Source of the DNA: Balanoglossus misakiensis
Taxonomy: Eukaryota; Animalia; Hemichordata
Length of the DNA stretch: 64,000 nt
Direction: 5' to 3'
Assembly: GCA_040954595.2 (NCBI GenBank)
Contig: CM082582.2
Coordinates: 6,884,063-6,948,062 of the forward strand
The notes beneath the pieces are model-generated. The model had not been told where the DNA came from and searched no databases. It saw only the letters and a list, made by a program, of their open reading frames with translations. Within the stretch, counting starts at the first letter, position 1. Every line of letters starts with the position of its first letter. Both the position numbers and the translations under genes were made by a program. Below are positions 38,869 to 50,270 of the stretch, in pieces.

Positions 38869-40935
38869 ATGACACAACGGGGTAGATTAACTGTGGTTGT
38901 GATTGCCATAATGCTCCTTCGCCCATTACAAGGATGTCCAACTAGGTGCACCTGCATCGGCACGTCGGTCTTTTGTGGTTTCGGAGATTTCACTAAAATA
39001 CCTTCTGACGTGCCTCAAAATACGACGTACCTTCAACTCAGCGACAATCTGCTGACACGTGTCGGAAGCGGCGCCTTTGCGACATTGTCCGGCCTCCTCG
39101 ACTTGTATTTGTCCGACAACCGTATCGGTCAAGTAGCTGAAGATGCATTCGTTGGCCTCCACCGTCTAAACCACCTTTATCTTAACATCAACCTGTTGAT
39201 GTCCTTGCCCGCTAAAGTATTCGACGGGCTGGACGAGTTACAACACCTGGATTTGAGGAACAATAGACTAGCATCATTAGCAGAGGAAATCTTTACATGT
39301 TGCGCCGAACTTCAAAGTCTTGATCTGTCCCACAATCTAATGCGCTCACTACCCGAGAATACGTTTAAGTCCCTAAACAAACTGTCCCATTTATCTATAC
39401 ATCATAATGAAATAGCATATTTACCAGAAGGTATCTTCCACGGCCTCGCGAGTCTGCGCATTCTTGAGATACAGAACAACAAAGTCGCCTGCCTTACTGA
39501 AAATATGTTCGCTGGCTTGGCCAATCTTGAAAATCTGTTTTTAGCGCATAATAGAATCAGAGTTTTACCGGAGCATATATTTCGGGATCTGGTGGAACTA
39601 TTTTACCTCACTGTGAACGATAATTCGTTATATTCATTGCAAGAGATTGTTTTTGTCGGGTTGACCAAGTTGGAATTCCTCTTCCTGTCAACTAACCTAT
39701 TAACAACCCTGCCGGAAGGTATTTTCAGTGGCTTAAACGTGTTAGAAAGAGTATATTTGAACGACAACAACATAACAACACTGCCCGGTAATATCTTCCG
39801 TGGACTGGATCAGCTGAATTCTTTGCGTCTCGACAACAACCCCTGGGCATGTGATTGCCGTTTAAGGAATTTCAGAATGTGGTTGGATGATAACAAGCAA
39901 AGACTTGACGTTAGCTATCCAGCCATGACATGTAGCGGTCGTCTTGAAGGAAGTGAGGTGCTGCGAATACCGTTGATCAACCTTACGTGTAATTTACTTC
40001 CGGTGTTTAATGCAACGCTCAAAACGATAATCGCTGATATAGGTGACAATATAACTTTGGATTGTGACGTAGTTGAGCTGCTCGACCACGATAAGTATTG
40101 GGTCACTCCACTTGGAGAAGTCATACGTCCGCAAGCGGACCATGAAGGTTCGGGTGAAAGATTTCGTCAATTAGATGATGGAACCCTATTGATTTCATCC
40201 ATTACACTGTCAGATTTTGGTTCCTATACGTGTTTCGCAACGAACTCAGAAGGAACATCTTCGGCCAAAAGAACCGTGAAGATTGGTTGCATAGGTAATA
40301 CGCCCTCATTCTTCAGAAGACCACAAATCGTCATGTCAACAGTTGCAGACGAAGTTGTAGTTCCAACCAAGGATGGCCCGGGCACAACAGTTGGAACATC
40401 ATCGCCAGTCACAGCAATGTCATCAGTAGTTGCAGATACGAGTACATCTGTAATAGGCGGGGTTAGTACAACAGCGCCGACATCGGCAGATCTCACTTCA
40501 ACACCATCTACAATTACAAATGGCAGTGCACGGGGATCCACGATGCCATCAGATAATACCGAGAGAATTTCCCTTTGCAGCGGTCATGTTTGCACGCAGA
40601 CCACAGAGGTCACCACTCCGGGTTTCAACACAGCGGGCCGATCACGTTTCGCTAATATCAACGGTTCTACGTTTTTGCTGATCGCTGTTGGATCCATCCT
40701 GGGTACCATAACCGCCTTATTGATAGTTGCGACTGTACTTGCAATTAAAAATGGCCGTCGAAATAATACCTCCCCCGGCAGCACTGGACATCGAGATCAC
40801 TCCGCAACTGTTTCCAACAACATGGCTCATACTGGTGGTACAACTTCAATCTCTTTGGATGCGGCGCCTAGAGAAACTATTTCGGGAATAGGCTTACCAG
40901 AAATCCAATCGAATGAAGATGTTATTTTCAATTAA
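38869..40935 (+). CDS. LRR-Ig single-pass membrane protein, copy 3 (688 aa, longer stalk)
   Basis: Same architecture. The ATG at 38869 matches the paralogues; the ORF-track start at 38728 is intronic. Confidence 0.95.
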   Translation: MTQRGRLTVVVIAIMLLRPLQGCPTRCTCIGTSVFCGFGDFTKIPSDVPQNTTYLQLSDNLLTRVGSGAFATLSGLLDLYLSDNRIGQVAEDAFVGLHRLNHLYLNINLLMSLPAKVFDGLDELQHLDLRNNRLASLAEEIFTCCAELQSLDLSHNLMRSLPENTFKSLNKLSHLSIHHNEIAYLPEGIFHGLASLRILEIQNNKVACLTENMFAGLANLENLFLAHNRIRVLPEHIFRDLVELFYLTVNDNSLYSLQEIVFVGLTKLEFLFLSTNLLTTLPEGIFSGLNVLERVYLNDNNITTLPGNIFRGLDQLNSLRLDNNPWACDCRLRNFRMWLDDNKQRLDVSYPAMTCSGRLEGSEVLRIPLINLTCNLLPVFNATLKTIIADIGDNITLDCDVVELLDHDKYWVTPLGEVIRPQADHEGSGERFRQLDDGTLLISSITLSDFGSYTCFATNSEGTSSAKRTVKIGCIGNTPSFFRRPQIVMSTVADEVVVPTKDGPGTTVGTSSPVTAMSSVVADTSTSVIGGVSTTAPTSADLTSTPSTITNGSARGSTMPSDNTERISLCSGHVCTQTTEVTTPGFNTAGRSRFANINGSTFLLIAVGSILGTITALLIVATVLAIKNGRRNNTSPGSTGHRDHSATVSNNMAHTGGTTSISLDAAPRETISGIGLPEIQSNEDVIFN

Positions 40936-42714
40936 GGTACGTCGCTGGCAATGCGAAAATTTACTCTGCGCAGAATACCTGCGGATTTAGAAAACGTCAT
41001 TTCCGGTAAGCTTAGGCCTGTGATTTTGAGTAGTGGACGCTCGCGCGTCGGTGGCTGGTTCAACGTTTAACTTATTTATTGTCTTTAAAATATTGTCATG
41101 TTGTACTCTAATAATAATGTGGTTTTAATCACAATTTAATTGTATTCGAATTATTCTGTAGTGTTTACAGAAATTTCGGTGTCACACACTGTACATGTAT
41201 ACAGAGTTCGTACTTTGATTTAATATGTTCTTTGTTGGCTATGTCTAATGTGGCACACTGTTATTAGTGTTTTGGCCAATGAGTTTTTTGTAATATGGGT
41301 GGACATAATCGGAGTTGTCCAAACCATTCTTAGCCGTCAATATTAATGATACGAATTTAAAACTGACATGAAATTAATCCGTGCTATTTGGTCAATTTCT
41401 AATAATTCTATATCCGAAGTACAAGGTTATTCATTAAATTTGTGAACATGTAGCAAATACATGTGTAAATCTCGCGATCGGAGATCAAATTGAGCCAATC
41501 AACTCCCCGTCTAGCAGTATACAATTATCAAGACAAAAATGATAGATGACACACACCACGCTGTACGGTATCAGATGGTGACATATATAGATATTATACA
41601 AAACATTAAAAAGCAGATGCGTGGATTACAAAAAGATAGATGTACGGGGTGTAATTAAGGTGTCTATTTTGGAATGTAAACTGTCAGAGAAACACATTTT
41701 ACCGGCAGCTGTTCTCACGTCTTTTGTCGAATAGATTAATTGCCTTCAAACTTAGTGGCAGTTACCCTAAGTTACTCTTGACATGAACAATAGAAAAAAG
41801 GCAAAAAGGGTAATAGTAAGCGCTCTGTTACAAACGGAAAAATTAAACTATTGTTGCATTCTGGTACCATTTTACATTGAAATCGCACGGGGACTGTTTG
41901 AAGTGCTGGTATGGAAAGTTACAATTCCGAACGCATAAACTTTCATAAATCTATAGCTCCAGTATTTCCTTGTTGGGGTTAAATATTAAAACACACACAT
42001 TTTCCTTATTTACGGTGTACAACCCAATTTCCGAATGATCTTGAAATGGAATATTTGCATTCTTTGGTTTTGGACTTTCAATGTCAACAGAAACAAAATT
42101 GGACATCGGCAAAAAATATCCAGGTGCCCCTCATCTTTGCTTTTGTTCGTGCCGCGGAAAATCAATTGAGTTACCCCTGGCCCCTTATCTCATTTTCGGC
42201 GGTTCTCCGGTTCAACTTCAACTGCGGCTGCGCACGACATACACCATGCAGATCAATCAATTTTAACCACCCGCGGTATAATTATTCTTATTTATAGCCG
42301 ACACTTAAAATTACTTTTCCAACCACCAGTTGTCTTTACGGGTTGCTTTATTCCTTTATAGCTTATGTTAGAGACAAATTCATTTTTCGCGGGATATAAT
42401 TTGTTGGTGGGAGATGACGTTCCCCTTATCTCATATTTCAAACGGCAACTGCCATATGTACTCATTACCGTAAACAAAACTCCTTTATTTCTGCTTCTCG
42501 CTATTTTAACCATTCAGCTCTTCATAGAGAATATCTCAGATGTTTTTTCACATTTTATTTCCATTTACCAGCTGTTCTTTCTTTCTTTTTTTAAATTTGG
42601 ATAGCGAACCATGCTACGTGTATATTTTCGTGGGGGTATATTTTTGCCGAGGGTCACTGAATCCTGTTTTCTGTCAGCCACTATATATCAAGACATTTTT
42701 CGAGAACTGGATTT

Positions 42715-43000
42715 TAAATTTCATCCTTCAGAAATACGTGCATTCTTAAGAAATAAATTCGTACGGTACAATACTTCCTGCCGCAGACTTTTATTAAAAT
42801 GACGTCACTGTATTTCATCGCAACCATTCTCTGATCTATGCAGCGAAAGGCAGAGTGGGGGTAAATGTTCTTTGCTGCACCCAGAACGTGGCCTAAATGT
42901 GGCGGAGATGAAATATTTCTCAAGCACCACAAAACGCAACTCCTTTCAGGAGACTCTTGATTTTCTCCGTTACCGTAGACGGGTTATCGCGGTATCCGAT
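42715..43000 (-). pseudogene. Heavily decayed 3' fragment of a Gal3ST-like gene
   Basis: GACTCTTGATTTTCTCCGTTACCGTAGACGGG (..PSTVTEKIKSL), CAGACTTTTATTAAA and GGCAGAGT blocks match 51480-52020. Confidence 0.6.
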
Positions 43001-43082
43001 TACAATCACCGAATCATTCTTCTATCAGCACCTATCCGACATACACATTCTGTCATGTTGAAAGAGACTTTATACGTACACG

Positions 43083-43786
43083 TGTTACGTAGGAGAAGTT
43101 TGCTGTTGTTTTGTGACCAGGTGTGTTTTCGCTTTCTTTCGTAATTTGAATATTTGCGTGACCAGGTGTGGTGCATTCATTATTTTCCCCATATAAAAAG
43201 CCCGCACGTTGTGTTGCGGCGTAGCTACTAATTTGGACTTGTCCGTGTGAGCTGTTCTGTTCCTCGCCGGCTTGGAAGATGTGCCTTATTTCCTGATACA
43301 CTGGTCTGGAAACCGCGCCCAGAAACTGTGCTGTATTTCATGCTGTCCTGGTCTGGAAACCGCGCCCAGAAGTCGTGCTACCTCATGGGGAATTCGTCCG
43401 AAAGCCGTGCCGTCTACCGGGGAATTGTGCCAGAACGCTACTCGGACTGAACGTCGCTGTTGGGACTGCCATGGTGCTGGTCGCGTTCGTCGTGCGCTAC
43501 AGAACCTGAGACTTTGTCTTTCATGTCCCACACCTGGTCACTGGTCACATTTAAGGTAGTCATTTATTTTACTGTGTTTTTTTCCTCAGTGTATAGTCAT
43601 TTTATATAATAACCAATGTTTAGTTGTAGTAATTAAAAGTCATAAGCAAGGAAATAACGTGTGGTGTGCCTATTGTTGACCGTCTTTGTTGCGTGCTGCG
43701 CTGGTTGGTTCACCAAAGCGAGCCACTCAGTAAGTCCGTTTGCTCACTGCCCTGTTTCGGAGCTGAACGGCCAGCGTGTCGTAACA
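43083..43786 (-). mobile_element. Solo LTR (Gypsy-like), copy 2
   Basis: Same family as 33124-33801; TGTTACG...CGTAACA with TSD CACG; empty sites at ~46895 and ~49140. Confidence 0.85.
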
Positions 43787-44024
43787 CACGTGAGATGGGA
43801 CAGTGTTTTGGTGATGAAGAAAGAGGCACTTTTATTTAGGTCCCCTACAACGCCTTGCAATGCAATAGAAAGGACCAACATCTGCAGTGTATAGGAAAAC
43901 AAGAAAAACAATACTATTGAGTCCTACATACGAAACTACAAATGCATTTGAAACACAGAAAAAAAATACTGCGCATTGTTCTCCACGTTTTGCTGCATTA
44001 AATAGAAACCTGCAAGCGTTGCAT

Positions 44025-44944
44025 TTAACTTCGGCCAACTAAACCTAAACCATTAACCATATGATTGTCAGGATGGAAATCTTTGCAGTAGTAGTGATCG
44101 GTTACTCCAACGTTGTGGTAAGAGCAGTACGTAACGGGGCTTGAGAATGTCACAGAGGCGCCAGCAGGACGACCCCAGTACACCCCCTCGGTAAGGCGGT
44201 CCGGACATTTCTATTAAGAATAAAGAAAGAAGATAAAATGAGCCCAAGTCCCTGTTAATGTTAGCACACATCTGAATAAGTGGGGGGGGGGGGGTTATAG
44301 AGCTGTGGATCCGTGGCAATAAATATGTTGTACTTCAACAAATAATCATAAACTTACATCCATTGGGTCGCATGTCACTTCTAACATATCGCCCTCATAA
44401 TAGTCCAGTACACACTGTAAACAATCATCGTTCCATTCCTCCGGTATCAGGTGTCCCTGAAAATAGAGAGACTCCCGTTATTTCAAGATTTAAAACAAAG
44501 AAGGAACAAACATTCTCTATTCAATACAGAAAAGCACACAATGACACGCAAGCAATAATGAACCCAGAGTCAGACAGATAGAAACAACGTGACGTATTAA
44601 GAAAAGAAGAGGACACAAATACCAACCAGATCGTCCCTGTCCACTTGATCAACGACCACAGACATCAGCCTGAATGTATGTGTCGGCCCGATGTTTGGTC
44701 CGATATCATGGTAAATCTGAAAACTCTTCGAGGGGGTTTTGCCTGCGATCAACGACGGCACCTCAAGCAGCTCATCAAAGCACTGCACACCTTGTGTGAC
44801 AAGCACATTCCATATGGCATCGTCATACACCGTTACACTGGCAAGTGTGCACGTGGCATCCGGTGGATGAAATGCGTTATCGTCAGGCTTGGCATTACCC
44901 TTGCTGAACAGGATGATTGCAGATATGAAAACAAACGCTTTCAT
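44025..44944 (-). CDS. Unrecognised secreted 8-Cys protein, copy 1 (200 aa); exons 44944-44627, 44456-44358, 44210-44025
   Basis: Signal peptide MKAFVFISAIILFSKGNA; phase-0 GT-AG introns; frame conserved with conservative substitutions across three copies; AATAAA at 43831-43836; UTR donor at ~45448. Confidence 0.82.
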
Positions 44945-45312
44945 GGTTTTTGTGGGTCTTGAAGCACAACGTTTTTCTACAATCAAAATGGATAAAACGT
45001 TTCCTTTAACTACCGACCGTCACAAATTGACATTCTAGATTGTATATTTGCAAGCCTCTTTGGCGATTCGGAATTATGTCGTTCAAGGCAGAATTAACTA
45101 ACGGAGTGGGGGAAATATTGACTTAACTACCATGCCCACAAGGATCGAATTCTCAAACAAAAGAACACTGTGATTGATGGACCGCAAGGACATTTCAACG
45201 ACTTTTTTCATTGGCGACATTCTTGTCATATTCATTAAATATTTAGTAGTAACTTGCGCGCCAGTCAATGTTTTTAGTGATATTAAGACTGTTTTGTGAA
45301 CGGTTATTTATC

Positions 45313-45399
45313 TCAATTTAAACAATTATCAATTAAACAATTATCTTAAATTTAAACAGTTATCAATTAAACAATTATCTTAAATTTAAACAATTGTCA
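45313..45399 (+). repeat. AT-rich minisatellite (AATTAAACAATTATC-like units)
   Basis: About five imperfect units seen directly. Confidence 0.7.
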
Positions 45400-46194
45400 C
45401 TTCTAGGATGTCGCAAAGGAAACATATGGTAAATGGCATGGCTACTCACCCGTGGAACACTTTCCGATTTCACAAACAGCTGTGACCGTTCTGGCGACTA
45501 GCGAGGCAATATATACTTTCGTGCTCTATGTAATTAAAATATTTATTTTTACACTGACAATTTACCAAAAAAAAAACATTTCGCTGGTAGATGATCGCAC
45601 CAGCTTCATGGTCGAATAAATTGCCCTCACTTTGAGTGGTGGTCGCTTCTGACTATTTTAACCCTTCAGATATTTTATGCTAATATCAGACATTTCTTTG
45701 TATACTATCGCCGGCTTTTCTTTTCTTTTTAATTTGGGTGGGGCTGGCTTTTATTGTTTTAATGTCCAAGGAACCATGTTGCTGTTTCGTGTGGCTATAA
45801 TTTTGCTGACGATCACGGCGTTCTTGTTCTGTCAGCCATTAACACCAAAATCATTTGAAAACTAACGGACCGCGTCTAGACTCCTGTCATCGAAAAATGG
45901 GAGGTGGAGCCAGGAGAGGTTGTCACCTTTAAATTATACCACTGAATCGTCTGAATGACAAAAAACCGTAGTTTGCAGTTATTCTCCTCCCAATCGATCA
46001 ATCATCCAATTATGGCTTTAGCCGAACACGGAGGCATATGTTACAAATACCACTGAAGTTGTCCCGAGATGGGCATTGTTCGTTTAGATGTAGGCCTAAA
46101 GGCCTATATTTGCATCACTGGGTTTTTACAGTGAACGTGACGTTGTCGGGTACATTCAGCAGACGGAAACATGTGTCTGTAAAGACAAAGAACT

Positions 46195-46830
46195 GATCTT
46201 TGAATTTCATTCTTAAGAAATACGTGCTGTTTGAGTCTACGTTTTCATATTTGACTGGCGATGTCGAATTGTTTGCCGCAACACTTTCTCTGGGTCTACC
46301 AATGTTCGACAGTAAGCTGGGGCGCCCTCTTTCAGCCTCGACGACAATCTCGTCGTATCGTCGTTTACAAGACACTCGCGTTGTGAAGAGTTTCTCATCC
46401 TCCGGAAATATTGCACATCTTCGTGAAAATTCGGACCATAGTCCGTTATTTCTTGCCACAGACTTGTATTAAAGTGACTATAGAGCATCGAATCCGCCAT
46501 GTTCCATTCTTCGATGCTTGCGGCGAGAGGCAGAGTTAGGTGGTTTTTCTTTTTTGCACCCCCAAGTGGGTCCAAATGTGGCAAGTACAAAATGTCCCGC
46601 CAGTGCCAGCATAATTTCTTTCTGAGAATGACCAACGATTCGTCGAAAAATTCCCCAAGTGGGTCAAAATGTGACAAGTACAAAATGTCCTGCCAGTGCC
46701 AGCATTGTTTCTTTATGAGAATGACCAACGATTCGTCGAAAAATTACCCAAGCAGAACAAAGGCAAGTTTCTTCTGTATAGACTCTTGATTTTCTCCGTT
46801 ACCGTATAAGACGGGCTATCGCGGTATTCG
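46195..46830 (-). pseudogene. 5'-truncated copy of the Gal3ST-like gene with an internal ~95-bp duplication
   Basis: Near-identical to the last third of 51530-52547 (GEFFDESLVILRKKLCWHWRDILY..RHRQSNMKT); the ESLVIL..FDPLG segment occurs twice; no 5' exons. Confidence 0.85.
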
Positions 46831-47032
46831 ATTATTCTACTATCAACACCTATCCGACATACCCATTCTGTCATTGAAAGAGACTTCATACACACACGCG
46901 AGATGGGGCAATGTTTTGGTGATGAAGAAAGGAGCACTTTATTTAGGTCCCCTGCTACGTCGCCTTTCAATGCAATAGAAAGGACCAACATCTGCAGTGT
47001 ATAGCATAGCATTGCATTTAACGACAGCCATT

Positions 47033-47929
47033 TTAAGCAACCATATGATTGTCAGGATGGAAATCTTTGCAGTAGTAATGGTCGGTTACTCCAACGTTGT
47101 GGTAAGAGCAGTACGTAACGGGGCTTGAGAATGTCACAGAGGCGCCAGCAGGACGACCCCAGTACACCCCCTCGGTAAGGCGGTCCGGACATTTCTATTA
47201 AGAATAAAGAAAGAAGATAAAATGAGGCCAAGTCCCTGTTAATGTTAGCACACATCTGAATAAGTGGGGGGGGGGGTCTAGAGCTGTGGATCCGTGACAA
47301 GAAAGATGTACTTCAACAAATAATCTCATAAACTTACATCAATTGGGTCGCATGTCACTTCTAACATATCGCCCTCATAATAGTCCAGTACACACTGTAA
47401 ACAATCATCGTTCCATTCCTCCGGTATCAGATGTCCCTGAAAATAGAGAGACTCCCGTTATTTCAAGATTAATTTTATAACAAAGAAGAAAGAAACATTC
47501 TCTATGCGATACAGAAAAGCACACACCGACACGCAAGCAATAATGAACCCAGAGTCAGACAGATAGAAACAACGTGACGTATTAAGATAACAAGAGGACA
47601 CAAATACCAACCAGATCGTCCCTGTCCACTTGATCAACGACCACAGACATCAGCCTGAATGTATGTGTCGGCCCGATGTTTGGTCCGACATCATGGTAAA
47701 TCTGAAAACTCTTCGAGGGGGTTTTGCCTGCGATCAACGACGGCACCTCCAGCAGCTCATCAAAGCACTGCACACCTTGTGTGACAAGCACATTCCATAT
47801 GGCATCGTCATACACCGTTACACTGGCAAGTGTGCACGTGGCATCCGGTGGATGAAATGCCTTATCGTCGGCCTTGGCATAACCCTTGCTGAACAGGATG
47901 ATTGCAGATATGAAAACAAAAGCTTTCAT
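47033..47929 (-). CDS. Unrecognised secreted 8-Cys protein, copy 2 (192 aa); exons 47929-47612, 47436-47338, 47194-47033
   Basis: As copy 1; ends HMVA*. Confidence 0.82.
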
Positions 47930-49266
47930 GGTTTTTGTGGGTCTCGAAGCACAACGTTTTCTACAATCAAAATGGATAAAACGTTTCCTCTAACTATATC
48001 GACCGTCACAAATTGACATTCTATTGTATATTTGCAAGTCTCTTTGGCGGTTCGGAATTATGTCGTTCAAGGCAGAGTTAACTAACAGAGTGGAGGAAAT
48101 ATTGACTTAACTACCATGCTCACATTATACCTTAAGTCCTCGATAAGGAACGAATTCTCAAACAAAAGAACACAGTGATTGATGGACCGCAGGGTCATTT
48201 CAACGAGAATGAATTCCAAATCACATATATATGTCAGCTGTATCAGAACCTAAGCTATCTGTTACCGCAAAGCACCTTCTACCATCTACCTATACCGATG
48301 ACATTTTTTTCTGCACAGAGGACGTAAAAGTGATAAATGGTTCTAAGGAATCTCATCAAATGGGTCTGTAAAGTCATAGGGAAAGATTTTTACATGAAAG
48401 CTTCAGGCTGGCCAATGGATGTATGTTTTTCGTATTTATGGACTCTGTAAATACCTTATAATGTGACTGTCTTGTTTTTACAGTGGGCTGAAGTTAAACA
48501 GTGTGTTTTTAGTGATATTTAGACTGTTTTGTGAACTGTCATTCATCTTAAATTTAAACAATTATCTTAATCACTTCTAGGATGTCGCAAAAGAAACATA
48601 TGGTAAATGGCATGGCTACTCACCCGTGGATCACTTTCCGATTTCACAAACAACTGTGATCGTTCTGGCGACTAGCGAGACAATATATAGTGTTTTTTTT
48701 CTCTATAGTTATGTAATTAAAATATTCATTTTTACATTTATAATTTACAAAAAAAAACACATTTCGCTGGTAGATGACCGCAACAGTTTCATGGTCGAAT
48801 AAATTACCCTCACGTTGAGTGCATGGTGGTCGCTTCTGGCTATTTTAACCCTTCAGATATTTTATGCTAATATCAGACATTTCTTTGTATACTATCGCCG
48901 GCTTTTCTTTTCTTTTTAATTTGGGTGGGGCTGGCGTTTATTGCTGTAATGTACAAGGCACCATGTTGCTGTTTCGTGTGGCTATAATTTTGCTGACGAT
49001 ATTCTGTATAGGCTCTTGATTTTCTCCGTTGCCGTATAAGACGGGCTATCGCGGTATCCGATTAAAATCACTGAATCATTCTACTATCAACACCTATCCG
49101 ACATACCCATTCTGTCATTGAAAGAGACTTCATACATAGACGTGAGATGGGACAATGTTTTGGTGATGAAGAAAGGAGCACTTTATTTAGGTCCCCAACT
49201 ATACAACGCCTTTCAATGCAATAGAAAGGACCACCAACATCTGCAGTGTATAGCATAGCGTTGCAT

Positions 49267-50270
49267 TTAACTTCGGCCAATTAAACTTAAAGCAACCATA
49301 TGATTGTCAGGATGGTAATCTTTGCAGTAGTAGTGGTCGGTTACTCCAACACGGCGGTAAGAGCAGTACTCAACGGGGCTGGAGAATGTCACAGTGGCGC
49401 CTTCGGGTCGACCCCAGTACAATCCATTGGTAAGGCGGTCCGGACAAATCTATTAAGAATAAAGATAAAAAAATGAGCCCAAGCCCCTGTTAGCACACGT
49501 CTGAATAAGTGGGGGATCTCGAGCTGCGGATCCGTGGCAAGTCGAAATAATGGACGGAAATTCTTTCTTGACTTCCGTACAGATGTTATTTTTACGAGTG
49601 ATGCGGCGTATTCTGCCGTGTTATTTTTACGAGCGTATCGAGTGAGGCCGGCATCCCACCACTTTAACAAATAATCATAAACTTACTTCAATTGGGTCGC
49701 ATATCACTTCTAACATATCGCCCTCGTAATAGTTCAGTACACACTGTAAACAATCATCGTTCCATTCCTCCGGTATCAAGCGTCCCTGAAAATAGAGAGA
49801 CTCCCGTTATTTCAAGATTTAAAACAAAGAAGAAAGAAAGAAACATTCTCTATGCGATACAGAAAAGCACAAAATGACACGCAGGCAATAATTGGACCAG
49901 AGTCAGACAAATATTAAAAACGTGTGACGTTCAAGAGGACACAAATACCAACCAGATCGTCCCTGTCCACTTGATCAACGACCACAGACATCAGTCTGTA
50001 TGTATGAGTAGGACCGACGAATGGGCCGATATCATGGTAAATGTGAAAACTCTTCGAGGGAGTTTTGTCTGCGATCAACGACGGCACCTCCAGCAGCTCA
50101 TCAAAGCACTCCAAATCTCGTGTGAGAAGCACGTTCCATATGGCATCGTCATACACCGTTACACTGGCAAGTGCGCACGTGGCATCCGGTGGATGAAATG
50201 CGTTATTGTCTGGCTTGGCATAACCCTTGCTGAACAGGATGATTGCAGATATGAAAACAAACGCTTTCAT
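49267..50270 (-). CDS. Unrecognised secreted 8-Cys protein, copy 3 (199 aa); exons 50270-49953, 49785-49687, 49449-49267
   Basis: As copy 1; the most divergent copy, with all Cys retained. Confidence 0.82.

Noticed and set aside
44068-44319. Repeated ORF MPRIHSS../MSRIHSS.. (also 47052-47300)
   Set aside because: Wrong frame of the secreted protein's last exon; broken in copy 3.
45313-45399. Short repeats considered as a CRISPR-like array (also 5853-6001)
   Set aside because: No unique spacers, no cas genes, eukaryotic context.
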